DNA from: Chloroflexia bacterium
Lineage (GTDB): Bacteria > Chloroflexota > Chloroflexia > DTKN01
DNA: 64,000 nt
Direction of reading: 5' to 3'
NCBI GenBank assembly: GCA_036172265.1
Contig: JASFBA010000007.1
Span: 2,077-66,076 of the forward strand
The notes under the pieces were generated by a model that ran no database searches, had not been told where the DNA came from, and was given only the letters and a program-made list of their open reading frames with translations. Positions 1 through 9,036 of the stretch are shown in pieces. Numbering within the stretch: position 1 is the first letter of the stretch; every line of letters begins with the position of its first letter. The position numbers were made by a program, and so were the translations under genes.

Positions 1-19
1 TAGGGCCAATGTCCATCTT

Positions 20-1495
20 TCAGGGGAGCGCTTGCCCAGCCCGGGCATCGGCCTCTGCCACAATGGCGTGGAGTGTCTCCCGGACGTCGGGCGAGAGCGG
101 GGCCGGCCGGTGGGTGGACAGGATGTTCCGGGCCACCTCTCGGGCCTGGGAGACGGGGTCAGGCCGGCCGGCTTCGGCCCAGGCGGCGTAGGAATGCCGG
201 TCGAAGAGGCGCGGATACCAGACCTCCCGGCAGTGCCGGGCCGTATGCGGCGACTTCAAGAAGTTCCCACCTGGTCCTACCTGGTGGATCGCCTCCAGCG
301 CCAGCGTTTCCGGGGTGATTTCGATTCCCTGGAGCAGCCGCCGCACCAGGCCGATCACCTCGTCGCCGATGACGATCATTTCATAAGAGCAAGTGAGGCC
401 GGACTCGATGTACCCCACGTCGTGGATCAAATTGGCCCCGGAAAGGGCTGTCCAGAGGATCCAGAGCGCGCTCTCGACCCCGGCCTGGAGGTCCGGTTGC
501 TTGGAGTCGGAGCAGCCGGCAAAGCCCCAGGCCGGGAGGCGGTAGTAGTTATGGGCCAGTTCGGCCATGGCCATGCAGTGGAGCATGAATTCGGGGCCGG
601 CATAGACGCCGACCATCGTGCGCATGTCGAGCGGCCCGCTCCCCGAACCCCAGACGAAAGGGGTGCCCGGCCGGCGCAACTGAGCGATGACCAGGCCGCT
701 CAGCACCTCGGCGCACGCCATAGCCAGGCTGCCGGCCGGGGTAACCGGGGCCGTAGCGCCTTCCAGAGGGCCCGGCGCATAGACCAGGGGCAACCCCCGG
801 TCGGCCATCCGAAGCAACTTGTGCAGGGCGGCCTCGGAGTGGCGCAGCGGCGAGGAGGGCTCCAGGTAAGCCAGGAGGAACGGCCGGAGCGCCAGTTCCT
901 GCGGCCCGCCGGCCACCGCCTCGGCCATGGCCAGGATGTCGGCCACGCCTCCCTCGTCCCAGGCGGTGAAGACGATCGGTTTGACCGTGTTCTCCACCAT
1001 CGCCAGGAAGGCATGGCGGTCCGAGGTCTGGGGAGGGACGTCGGAAGGCAGGGCCATGGACATCACGAAATCCAGATGGGGCAAGGCATCCACCAGGCGG
1101 GCGGCGTTTCCCACATCGGAGAGGAGGGACGGCCGGCGTTCGCCCGTCTCCAGGTCCAGCGTGTTCGGCAGATCGGAGCCGGTGCCAAAGTAGCAGCGAT
1201 GTCCCTCCAGGAAGGCATACGGCTCCCCGGTGCGGTCGCAGAGGACGATACGGGAGGGTGCCTTCCCCAAGGCCTGTTCGACGACGGCGGCGGGGAAACG
1301 TACCAAATTTCCGTCCGTCACCGTACAGCCGGCCTCCTGGAGCAACCGGAGGGCTTCCGCTTCGTCCACCCGGACGCCGGTGCGGCGAAGGATTTCCAGG
1401 GCGGCGAGATGGATTTCCTCCAGTTGGGCATCGTCGAGGAGACGGTAGCCGGAGGGTCGAGAGGAAGGCGGCTCCTTTCCGTACAGTTTCGTCAT
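20..1495 (-). CDS. Trimethylamine:corrinoid methyltransferase (MttB) superfamily protein, non-pyrrolysine type
   Basis: 491-aa ORF with MttB-family segments (IHLAALEILRRTGV, GATAPVTPAGSLA, GCSDSKQPDLQAG, GANLIHDVGYIESGL, GPGGNFL); no in-frame amber codon. Confidence 0.88.
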   Translation of the reverse strand: MTKLYGKEPPSSRPSGYRLLDDAQLEEIHLAALEILRRTGVRVDEAEALRLLQEAGCTVTDGNLVRFPAAVVEQALGKAPSRIVLCDRTGEPYAFLEGHRCYFGTGSDLPNTLDLETGERRPSLLSDVGNAARLVDALPHLDFVMSMALPSDVPPQTSDRHAFLAMVENTVKPIVFTAWDEGGVADILAMAEAVAGGPQELALRPFLLAYLEPSSPLRHSEAALHKLLRMADRGLPLVYAPGPLEGATAPVTPAGSLAMACAEVLSGLVIAQLRRPGTPFVWGSGSGPLDMRTMVGVYAGPEFMLHCMAMAELAHNYYRLPAWGFAGCSDSKQPDLQAGVESALWILWTALSGANLIHDVGYIESGLTCSYEMIVIGDEVIGLVRRLLQGIEITPETLALEAIHQVGPGGNFLKSPHTARHCREVWYPRLFDRHSYAAWAEAGRPDPVSQAREVARNILSTHRPAPLSPDVRETLHAIVAEADARAGQALP

Positions 1496-1522
1496 CGAAA
1501 GCCTCCTGCCGTTCGCCCCGGA

Positions 1523-2719
1523 TCAGCCGGGCAGGGAGTGGGCCGTCGCCGTCAGGGTATCTATGAGGCGGGGGTTCGTGTCCGGCGGGAAGGGGCTGCC
1601 TGTGCTCACCACAAAGCCGCGCGCCCGGGCACCCACGGCTGCCTGCCGGCGCACCTCCTGGGCCATCTCCTCTATCGTGCCATGGAGGCCGAAGCGGATG
1701 GTGTCTATGTTCCCAAAGACCGTTGCCCGGCCGGCCACCCGCTCGACCACATCCTCCAGTTCGATGCGGAACGCCTTTTTGCTCTCCTCTACGGCAATGG
1801 CATCCACTTCCAGGCCGACGATGCGCTCCAGGCGGGGGATGACGTCGCCGCAAACGTAATGGATGGAAAAAAGCCCCAGGGAGCGCAGGTGGTGAAAATA
1901 AGGCCGGTTGTAGGCAAAGACGAACTCATCATAACTACGCGGCGAGATCGTATCCGCCCCGGTAAAGACCTCCTCCACATAGACCCCGTGAATTCCTACG
2001 GCTGCCCAGGCGGCCATCTCCTCCTGGGCCTGTCGAACTTTGCGCTCCAGGATACGGTGGAGCAGTTCCGGGCGGTCGTGCTGGATGAGCATGAGCCCCT
2101 GAAAGCCCAGCAGGTCGTAGGCGCTGGAGAAGGGGGTATCCAGCACCGTGGAGAGAAAGTAGCGTTCGCCGTAGTCGGCCACCACCCGGCGCGGCAACTC
2201 GAAATCGCCCCGGGCCAGCAGTTCCTCGCACTTTAAGATAGGCAAGCGGGCTTCTACATCCTCCAGGCCACGCCATTCTGCCGAGAGGTCCCACCGGTCG
2301 CTCCGGGCGGTATCGGAGGCGGCCAGGGCCGCGTCGCCACGAGGTAGGGGGACCTGGTCCATCGAGACCTCTTCTCCGGACAGGCGGTCCCGGTAGCAGA
2401 GTGTTCCGTCCTCGCGGCAGACGATCTCGGTGCGCTCGGCCCAGGCGCGGCTGGAGCCCCGGTCTATTTCCATCCAATCCGGCCGCACCTTGAAGATGCC
2501 GTAGGACTGGTAGAGGGCCTCGGCCCGGAAGCGGGTGTCCTCCTCGTGGTCAACCGGGTAGACCGTGCGGCCGCGCATCCGGCGGCGGTAGAGTTCGATG
2601 TAGTAGGCGCGTTCGAAATCGGCCAGGAAAAGGCTCAGGTAGGCCGGCGCGGCGGGGAGCACGTCCACCTTTTCCCCGCGGAGCGCCCGACACATCCGTT
2701 CGATGCCTTCACCCCTCAC
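1523..2719 (-). CDS. Uroporphyrinogen decarboxylase / MtaA-CmuA family methyltransferase-like protein
   Basis: C-terminal URO-D fold motifs (ISPRSYDEFVFAY, HYVCGD, FGNIDT, GFVVSTG); directly upstream of the MttB-family gene; GTG start after GGAGG. Confidence 0.78.
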   Translation of the reverse strand: MRGEGIERMCRALRGEKVDVLPAAPAYLSLFLADFERAYYIELYRRRMRGRTVYPVDHEEDTRFRAEALYQSYGIFKVRPDWMEIDRGSSRAWAERTEIVCREDGTLCYRDRLSGEEVSMDQVPLPRGDAALAASDTARSDRWDLSAEWRGLEDVEARLPILKCEELLARGDFELPRRVVADYGERYFLSTVLDTPFSSAYDLLGFQGLMLIQHDRPELLHRILERKVRQAQEEMAAWAAVGIHGVYVEEVFTGADTISPRSYDEFVFAYNRPYFHHLRSLGLFSIHYVCGDVIPRLERIVGLEVDAIAVEESKKAFRIELEDVVERVAGRATVFGNIDTIRFGLHGTIEEMAQEVRRQAAVGARARGFVVSTGSPFPPDTNPRLIDTLTATAHSLPG

Positions 2720-3329
2720 TCCTCACCTCCTTGCCCCTTCTCCCTTCGGGAGCGGGGAGAGCAACTGTTTCAGCCAGAGGGGTTTGATTCACCCACTCGG
2801 CAATCTCCCGCTCCAGGGCGGCAATTTCGGCCTCCAGCCAATCCAGATGCTTCTGGATGTAATGCCGAGCGGCCTTCGGGGCTGTGCGCCGGTGCTGCAC
2901 CTCCGTTGCCCGTATGTCTACCAACTGCCGTCGGCGAGCGACCAACATCTCCAGATGACGGGTCTGCTTATCGGGCAGGACGGTCACCGGCGGCCGCATC
3001 TTCTGGCCGAACTCCGCCAGAATGCGGGCATCCAGGGTGTCCGTTTTGGCCAAGACCCCGGAGGCACGGGCGAAATCCCGCACCTGGCGGGGGTTGACCC
3101 GGCTAAATGGGAAGCCGGCACGGGCGAGGGCGACCATCAGGTTCGCTTCCAGCCCGCCGGTGGCCTCAAAGACAACGAGGGCGGGCGAGAGCCCATGGAG
3201 TTGGGCCAGGAGCCGGTTCAGCCCTTTGTCAGTATATGGGAATCGTTGGGGGGCCTGGTCGGGCCCAAAGGCAACGTCCAGATGCTCTTTCGAAATATCA
3301 ATGCCCACAAAGAGTTCGTTAGTGTTCAT
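2709..3329 (-). pseudogene. IS110 transposase, RuvC-like DEDD and coiled-coil part only (206 aa)
   Basis: Motifs FVGIDISK, VFEATGG, VNPRQVRDFA, KTDTLDA. Ends after the coiled coil with no Tnp (Transposase_20) domain; reads into flanking DNA and stops overlapping the next gene start. Confidence 0.85.
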
Positions 3330-3344
3330 TGTGTTTCCCCCTTT

Positions 3345-3480
3345 ATAGTTTTGTGATGTCCATTCCGGTATACGGGCTTGGGAGCCCAGGCGACCGTTCG
3401 GACTGTGGGGAAGAAGGGGTACGGCGACCCGGCTCTCCCACGGTCTTATCACCTGGGGGAAAACGGCCTGCCGCACCCGC
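3345..3480 (-). ncRNA. Putative IS110 bridge RNA (target- and donor-binding loops)
   Basis: Stem 3470-3478/3417-3425 encloses TTTTCCCCC (3463-3455) and GTGGGAGAG (3441-3433). Second loop has ACGGTCGCC (3397-3389) and TATACCGG (3372-3365) around hairpin 3374-3387. RNA ends are approximate. Confidence 0.72.
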
Positions 3481-3484
3481 TAAT

Positions 3485-3508
3485 ATTATACCACCCGCCA
3501 TTATACCA
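3485..3508 (-). promoter_or_regulatory. Two tandem extended -10 boxes (TGGTATAAT) at the IS110 left end
   Basis: Plus-strand ATTATACCA at 3485-3493 and 3500-3508. Confidence 0.6.
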
Positions 3509-3548
3509 GGGGAAAAATCCGGAAGTACCGGGACTTCCCTGCGTCTCC

Positions 3549-4748
3549 TCACCTGGTCAGGACCTCCTCGATGCGTTCCAGTGCCCAGTCCAAATCTTCC
3601 CTTGTTACCACCAGGGGCGGAGCGAGGCGGATGACGTGGTCATGGGTTTCCTTACAGAGCAGGCCGTGCTCCTTGAGCGCCTCGCAGAAGCGCCGGGCTC
3701 CGCCGGCCTCGGTCCTGAGTTCGATTCCGACGAGCAACCCCTTGCCGCGCACCTCCCGGATGTACTCGCTTTCCAGGCGCGAAAGCCGGCCCAGGAGATA
3801 CGCCCCCAGTTCCGTTGCTCGTTCGGGCAAGTTCTCCTCCACGATTACCCGCAGTGCCTCTCGGGCCACGGCGCAACCCAGCGGGTTGCCGCCGAAGGTG
3901 GAGCCGTGGTCGCCCGGACGAAACACCCCCAGCACCTCCCGTGAGGAAAGGACGGCCGAGACTGGGTAAAAGCCGCCGGAGAGGGCCTTGCCGAGGATGA
4001 GGATGTCCGGCCGTACCCCTTCCCAGTCGCAGGCCAGGAGTTTTCCGCAGCGGCCCAGGCCGGTCTGAATCTCGTCGGCCACCAGCAAGACGTTATGGCG
4101 GGTGCAGATTTCCCGCGCCTGTCGAAGATACCCCTCCGGCGGGACGATCACGCCTCCCTCGCCCTGGATCGGCTCTACCAGGAAGGCAACGGTGTAGGGG
4201 GTAATGGCCTCCTCCAGGGCGTGGGCATCCCCGTAGGGGATGGTCACGAAACCGGGCGTGAACGGGCCAAAGCCCTCACGGTACTGAGGTTCGCTGGAGA
4301 AACTGATGATGGTGATGGTGCGGCCGTGAAAGTTTCCGGCGCAGACGATCACCTCGGCCCGGTCGGCCGGCACTCCCTTGACCGTATAGCCCCACTTGCG
4401 CGCTGCCTTCAGCGCCGTCTCCACGGCTTCGGCCCCCGAATTCATCAGAAGCACCATCTCATAGCCGGTCAGTTCGCACAACTCCTTTTCCAGGAGCGGC
4501 AACTGGTCGTTGCGAAAGGCGCGAGAGGTGAGGGTGACCCGGCCGGCCTGCTCTATAAGTGCCCGCAGGAGGCGCGGATGGCAGTGCCCCTGGTTGACGG
4601 CCGAGTAGGCACTCAGGAAATCCAGGTAGCGCCGCCCTTCCACATCCCACATCCATACCCCCTGTGCCCGGCAGATGACCACGTCCAGCGGCCGGTAGTT
4701 GTGGGCACCGTAAGTTTCCTCCAGGTCAATGTAGTCCTGTGTTTTCAT
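3549..4748 (-). CDS. rocD: Ornithine--oxo-acid aminotransferase
   Basis: [51 protein letters not shown] (PLP lysine), [10 protein letters not shown]. Confidence 0.92.
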   Translation of the reverse strand: MKTQDYIDLEETYGAHNYRPLDVVICRAQGVWMWDVEGRRYLDFLSAYSAVNQGHCHPRLLRALIEQAGRVTLTSRAFRNDQLPLLEKELCELTGYEMVLLMNSGAEAVETALKAARKWGYTVKGVPADRAEVIVCAGNFHGRTITIISFSSEPQYREGFGPFTPGFVTIPYGDAHALEEAITPYTVAFLVEPIQGEGGVIVPPEGYLRQAREICTRHNVLLVADEIQTGLGRCGKLLACDWEGVRPDILILGKALSGGFYPVSAVLSSREVLGVFRPGDHGSTFGGNPLGCAVAREALRVIVEENLPERATELGAYLLGRLSRLESEYIREVRGKGLLVGIELRTEAGGARRFCEALKEHGLLCKETHDHVIRLAPPLVVTREDLDWALERIEEVLTR

Positions 4749-4759
4749 TCCTTGTCTCC

Positions 4760-4817
4760 TGTAGCGCAGGCTTTAACCTGTGCGCTTGTGTAACCGCAGG
4801 CTGAAGCCTAGGACACC
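4760..4817. repeat. REP doublet, family A (GTAGCGCAGGCTTYARCCTG type)
   Basis: GTAGCGCAGGCTTTAACCTG followed by inverted CAGGCTGAAGCCTAG; related copy at 15887-15936. Confidence 0.6.
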
Positions 4818-5542
4818 GTACTCTCCGGGTCATATACCAACACCTCGTCGCTGCCGTGAGGCGATTCGGCCAGCAGTTCGCCCCGGGCATTCACCACGAG
4901 CGCGCCCCCAAAGGCGGCATCGTCCACCGTGTCCTCCAGTGAGTTGACAAGGAGGGTCAGGCAACCGACCCGTCGTGCCGCCTTCAGGTAGACCTGGCGC
5001 TCCTCCTGTTCCCAGCGGACCCGGTTGGGGGAGGTGCCGTCGAAAGAGCGGGCCATCGGAACGACGAGGAGGTGAGGCCGGCCCAGCCGGGCGACTACCC
5101 CCTCGTCGAAAAGGTCCCCGCAGATAAGGATCCCCAGCCGGCCGAACTCGCTCTCTACGGTGGTCGCTTCGCTGCCTCTTTGAAAGGGCGGTTGCTCCAC
5201 GTTCTTGCGGTGACGGTGTCGGAGGACGCCCCGGCGGTCCAGGAGGACGGCAGCACTGTAGACGCCTTCTGCGGTCTGTTCCAGCAGCCCGAAGCATAGC
5301 CAGGTGCGGTGACGACGGGCCAGGCCGGCCATAGCCTCCACCGTCGGGCCCGGAATCGGTTCGGCAAAGCGCCGAAAGTCCTCCTCGGTATAGAGGTAGC
5401 CGGTAAAGGCACATTCGGGCAAACACACCAGGTCGGGTTTCAGGGGTTGAAGGCTTTCCAGGCGCTCCTGAAAACGGTGCCGGTTGAACATGGGGTTACG
5501 CACCTGGACCTTCAGGGGGAGAAGGCAGATTCGCATAGGCAC
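4808..5542 (-). CDS. Carbon-nitrogen hydrolase (nitrilase superfamily)
   Basis: Glu-Lys-Cys triad motifs DLVCLPEC, HRK, GILICGD. Confidence 0.85.
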   Translation of the reverse strand: MPMRICLLPLKVQVRNPMFNRHRFQERLESLQPLKPDLVCLPECAFTGYLYTEEDFRRFAEPIPGPTVEAMAGLARRHRTWLCFGLLEQTAEGVYSAAVLLDRRGVLRHRHRKNVEQPPFQRGSEATTVESEFGRLGILICGDLFDEGVVARLGRPHLLVVPMARSFDGTSPNRVRWEQEERQVYLKAARRVGCLTLLVNSLEDTVDDAAFGGALVVNARGELLAESPHGSDEVLVYDPESTVS

Positions 5543-5558
5543 ATCTCGAACGTCGGCC

Positions 5559-6485
5559 TTATTTTTTCCGGAAACCGAAAAGCCCTCGCCGGCCCTTTTT
5601 CTGCTCCTCCGGCTGAGGCTGTTCCTCGAAGGTGATGCCCAGCCGGCGGAAGGCTTCTTCAGCCGTCAGGATGGCCCCCTCTTTGGCCGGAGGTTGGGCT
5701 TCCTCTGCCGATTCCGGGATCGGCCGCAGGGGCAGGGTCACAGTGAAGGTGCTCCCCATATCCACCTGACTCTGGACCTCGATCGTGCCACCGTAGAGTT
5801 CGGTCAAACCGCGGGCAACGGCCAACCCCAACCCGGCTCCCTGGCGCTCCAGGCCGGCCCGGGTCAGTTGGTAGAAGCGGTCAAAGATACGCTCCTGCTC
5901 CTCGCGGGGGATGCCGATGCCCTGGTCGATCACCTGGAGGCGCACCTTCCCGTCGGCCCGGCGGACGCGGACGGTAACTTGTCCCCCCTCTGGCTTGGAG
6001 AACTTGACCGCGTTGTGCAGGAGTTTCTCGACAATCATCTGGAGGTGCTCATCGAGGATGGGGAGTGGAGGAAGGTTTTCTTCCACCTCGACCTGTACGG
6101 TCAGGTTGCGCTCGGCGATGTCCGGCTGTAGCGACCGTACGACGGCATGGATCGGGCCGGCGACGTCCCGCGTCGGCTCGGCATCGTGGGCTTCCCGTTC
6201 GGCCACCCCCGATTCTAGTTTGAGGATGGCCAGAAAATCGCGCACCAGGCGATCCACGCGGTCTCCCCCGCGCCGGACAATGTCCATGAATTCGCGCAAC
6301 TCTGTAGGGTCATAGGAGATATTGGGGTTGGTAAGCAAGGCGATGCAGGTTTTGATCATGGTCAGGGAGGTGCGGAATTCGTGGAAGAAGGGGCTGAGAA
6401 GTTCGGGGGAGAGGGTGGTCAGAGAGACCGAGCGAACAGGTGCGCTCTTGGAGCCGGACCGCGAAGCCAACTCTTCTGTGCCCAT
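5559..6485 (-). CDS. Cytoplasmic histidine kinase (HisKA + HATPase_c) with no sensor domain
   Basis: H box HEFRTSL, N box LLHNAVKFS, G1 DQGIGIP, F box FDRFYQ, G2 GAGLGL; start placed at MGTEE after AAAGG. Confidence 0.8.
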   Translation of the reverse strand: MGTEELASRSGSKSAPVRSVSLTTLSPELLSPFFHEFRTSLTMIKTCIALLTNPNISYDPTELREFMDIVRRGGDRVDRLVRDFLAILKLESGVAEREAHDAEPTRDVAGPIHAVVRSLQPDIAERNLTVQVEVEENLPPLPILDEHLQMIVEKLLHNAVKFSKPEGGQVTVRVRRADGKVRLQVIDQGIGIPREEQERIFDRFYQLTRAGLERQGAGLGLAVARGLTELYGGTIEVQSQVDMGSTFTVTLPLRPIPESAEEAQPPAKEGAILTAEEAFRRLGITFEEQPQPEEQKKGRRGLFGFRKK

Positions 6486-6571
6486 GGCATGACCTTTCCG
6501 AAATTCGGGCTGACACAGCCCCATTCTGGCTGCCAACCCGATGGTTCAAGACAGGGTTGGTATCTATTTTC

Positions 6572-6601
6572 ATTATACCGCGAAGTGTCCTATTTCGTCA
6601 A
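6572..6601 (-). promoter_or_regulatory. Sigma70-type promoter for the histidine kinase
   Basis: TTGACG-18 nt-TATAAT on the minus strand. Confidence 0.55.
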
Positions 6602-6606
6602 ATAAG

Positions 6607-6637
6607 CGTAGGAGCGGCTTCCCAAGCCGCTCCTACG
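6607..6637. repeat. REP-like perfect palindrome, family B (may also act as terminator of the VIT-vWA gene)
   Basis: CGTAGGAGCGGCT-TCCCA-AGCCGCTCCTACG, 13-bp stem starting with GTAG. Confidence 0.6.
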
Positions 6638-6667
6638 AAGTTGGACTTGTTGTGGAGGCAATGGGCA

Positions 6668-8956
6668 TTACCGGGCCCGGCGCAGGAACACGAACCCGGC
6701 CGCGGTCAGCAAGCCGAGGGCGCCGGCGACGATGGCGGCGACCCAGCCCGCAGGGAGAGAGTCTCCCCTGGAGGTTGTCGCTGGAGTGGGAGTTGCCGGG
6801 GGGTAGGGAGTGAGGGCGGGGCCGGCCGGCGATGTGATCGGGGGAGCCTCCTGGGCGACGACCTCATAGGCCACCCCATCCAGGACGACGATGACGCGCT
6901 CACCTACGGCCAGGTACTTGCCCCATTCGGGATGGGCGCTCACCAGGGCAAAGTAACTCTCGCTGCCGAAAGTGACCGGCGTCGTGGGCATACCCTGACG
7001 GTAGGTCGTATCGGTCCAGACCCCGTTTACCAGGAGGAAGGCCTTGTCGGCCACCTGTCGTAACGTTGCCTGTTCCATCCCGGAATAGCCTCCCTCCTGG
7101 AGACGCTGGACCTCCAGGCTATAGTCCACACCACCCTTGCCTTCCATAGGGGCCGCTGCAGGCAGAGCCGTGACCATTTGAAGCCTGAGTGAGGTCTGTC
7201 CCTCCTCGGTCAAGATGCGGTCGGGCTCGTCCACCAGGAAGGAGGTGTAAGGGGTGATGATGCCGTAGCGCAGGCTCAGTTCGACGATCTCGTCTACCAC
7301 TTCCCGGTTTTCTCCGTGCAATCGGATCTCGTTCAAGAGGTAGCCGATCTTGCGCGAGGCCCAGAGGCGGGGGAGAAAGTCGTTGCGGGTGCTTTCGCGG
7401 GGGAAGGTGAGGTCCTCGTAGCGGTAGGTGCGTTCCTCTTCGCCGGCCCTGCCGCGCAGGGTGACGGTCGTGGTTCCGCCCTCGCGGTAACGGCCGGCCA
7501 GGACAAGTTGGCTTCCCAGGAAGAGGTCGGGAAGTGGGTTGGGGTAAAGGTCGTACACGGCGATGCCGCCAAAGTCGAGGGCGGGGCCGGCCAGCACCGG
7601 TCGGTTGATCTTCGAGTAGAAGGCGGAGAGGCGCTCCTCCAGGTTTTCCCCGGGGAGGATGTAGGTGCTAGCCCCGTGGTTCTCCACAGCCAGGGCGTCC
7701 AGGAGGACGCTGTTCACGTCGTAGCCGACGCCGAAGGTAAAGAGCCGGATGCTCTCATGGCTGCGCTCACGCACAAGGGCCAGGAGGCGGGCTGGGTCCT
7801 CCTCGCCCACCGTGGGCAGGCCGTCGGTGAGGAAGAGGATGACCTGGGGACGGCCGGAGGTCCTGTCGGCCAGGTCGAGCGCCTGCCGGAGGGCACCCTC
7901 GATGTTGGTGCTGCCGCCGGCCGAGAGGTTCTGGACGTAACGCCGGGCTTCGGCCCGCTCGGAGGCCGGCCGAAGTTCCGGGGCGTAGGTCGAAATGGAG
8001 GAATCGAAATCCACGATGGCGAAGCGGTCCTCGGAGTTGAGATGTTCCAGGACAAAGAGGAGCGCCGCCCGGGCCTGCTCCATCTTTTCCCCCGACATGC
8101 TGCCGGAGGTGTCCAGGACAAAGATGACGTCCTTGGCTACCACTTCCTGGGTTTCTTCCTCGACCGGTGGGGCAACCAGGAGGAGGAAGAAGCCGTCCTC
8201 GCCCTGAGGATGGTAGGTGAGCAGGTTGAGGCCGATGTCTTCCGGAGAGATGGTGTAATAGAGGACAAAGTCGCGGTCGGGGAGGACATCGCGGGCCTCG
8301 TAGCCGACGATGGCGTGATAGTCATCGGGACGGTCTACGGAGACGCTGTGGCTGGGGGAGTAGACGGCCCGGAGCGGTTCCCGTGAGGTCAGGCGTATGG
8401 TGACGGCGACATCCTGGAGCGGCTGCGGGGAAAGGCGCTCCGTGCTCAGGGGATAGACGTATTCGACCAGGCCTTGATCCACCGGAAGGACCTGGCGGTA
8501 TTCGATCTGGATGCGCTTTTCCTCACCCGGGGCGATGGGAAAGATGCTGGCCTGGAAGGTGTTGCGACCAACGTATTCGAGCAGGGCGGGATCGCGGTGT
8601 TTGCGGACGATGGACTCGTAGATGGCGCGGGCTTCCTCGCGGCTGAGCACTCGGCCCTCCAGGGGCTTGCCATCCATATACATGACGAAGCGTTCGATGC
8701 TGGCTTCTTCAGGGAGGGGGAAGATGTAGATGCCCTCGACGGCGAAGCGGTTGTCGTTGCGGAAGAGTTGGTCAATGCGGGTGGTGGCGACCTGGTCCTC
8801 GATAGTGACTTCGACGCGGTGATAGATCACGGTCAGGTAGGCCGGCCCTTGGGGGGGAGGCGGGTCAATGATGATGACGCCGTCGGCGCGGGCCGGCCAG
8901 GGGAGAAGGAGGCCGACCAAAAGGACGGCCGGCAGAAGGAAAAGGAACCGTTTCAT
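6668..8956 (-). CDS. Secreted, C-terminally anchored VIT + von Willebrand factor A domain protein
   Basis: Signal peptide (ARA-DG); VIT domain (EGIYIFPLP); MIDAS DTSGSMSG...T...FLTDG; Pro/Thr linker; C-terminal TM helix plus RRAR. Confidence 0.88.
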   Translation of the reverse strand: MKRFLFLLPAVLLVGLLLPWPARADGVIIIDPPPPQGPAYLTVIYHRVEVTIEDQVATTRIDQLFRNDNRFAVEGIYIFPLPEEASIERFVMYMDGKPLEGRVLSREEARAIYESIVRKHRDPALLEYVGRNTFQASIFPIAPGEEKRIQIEYRQVLPVDQGLVEYVYPLSTERLSPQPLQDVAVTIRLTSREPLRAVYSPSHSVSVDRPDDYHAIVGYEARDVLPDRDFVLYYTISPEDIGLNLLTYHPQGEDGFFLLLVAPPVEEETQEVVAKDVIFVLDTSGSMSGEKMEQARAALLFVLEHLNSEDRFAIVDFDSSISTYAPELRPASERAEARRYVQNLSAGGSTNIEGALRQALDLADRTSGRPQVILFLTDGLPTVGEEDPARLLALVRERSHESIRLFTFGVGYDVNSVLLDALAVENHGASTYILPGENLEERLSAFYSKINRPVLAGPALDFGGIAVYDLYPNPLPDLFLGSQLVLAGRYREGGTTTVTLRGRAGEEERTYRYEDLTFPRESTRNDFLPRLWASRKIGYLLNEIRLHGENREVVDEIVELSLRYGIITPYTSFLVDEPDRILTEEGQTSLRLQMVTALPAAAPMEGKGGVDYSLEVQRLQEGGYSGMEQATLRQVADKAFLLVNGVWTDTTYRQGMPTTPVTFGSESYFALVSAHPEWGKYLAVGERVIVVLDGVAYEVVAQEAPPITSPAGPALTPYPPATPTPATTSRGDSLPAGWVAAIVAGALGLLTAAGFVFLRRAR

Positions 8957-9036
8957 CATGCACCTCCTGATATCCATCTTCTGTCTTCTGGGGAAAATCG
9001 CCCCTAAGGACGCCGGTAGCCGAGGGGGGGTTACCT

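Larger units (their letters stand above)
2760..3509 (-). mobile_element. IS110-family element, internally deleted (both ends present, C-terminal half of transposase lost)
   Basis: CT core at both junctions (plus-strand AG at 2760-2761 and 3508-3509); DEDD transposase N-half; ~170-nt non-coding left end whose guide segments match the junction sequences. Confidence 0.8.

Noticed and set aside
20-1495. Pyrrolysine recoding in the MttB homologue
   Set aside because: The ORF is uninterrupted, with no in-frame TAG
32-2236. 734-aa plus-strand ORF
   Set aside because: Antisense shadow of the MttB and URO-D-like genes; no motifs; expected in high-GC DNA
3330-3476. 49-codon N-terminal extension of the IS110 transposase
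   Set aside because: The DEDD domain starts at MNTNELF after a GGGGG RBS; the upstream region is better explained as bridge RNA
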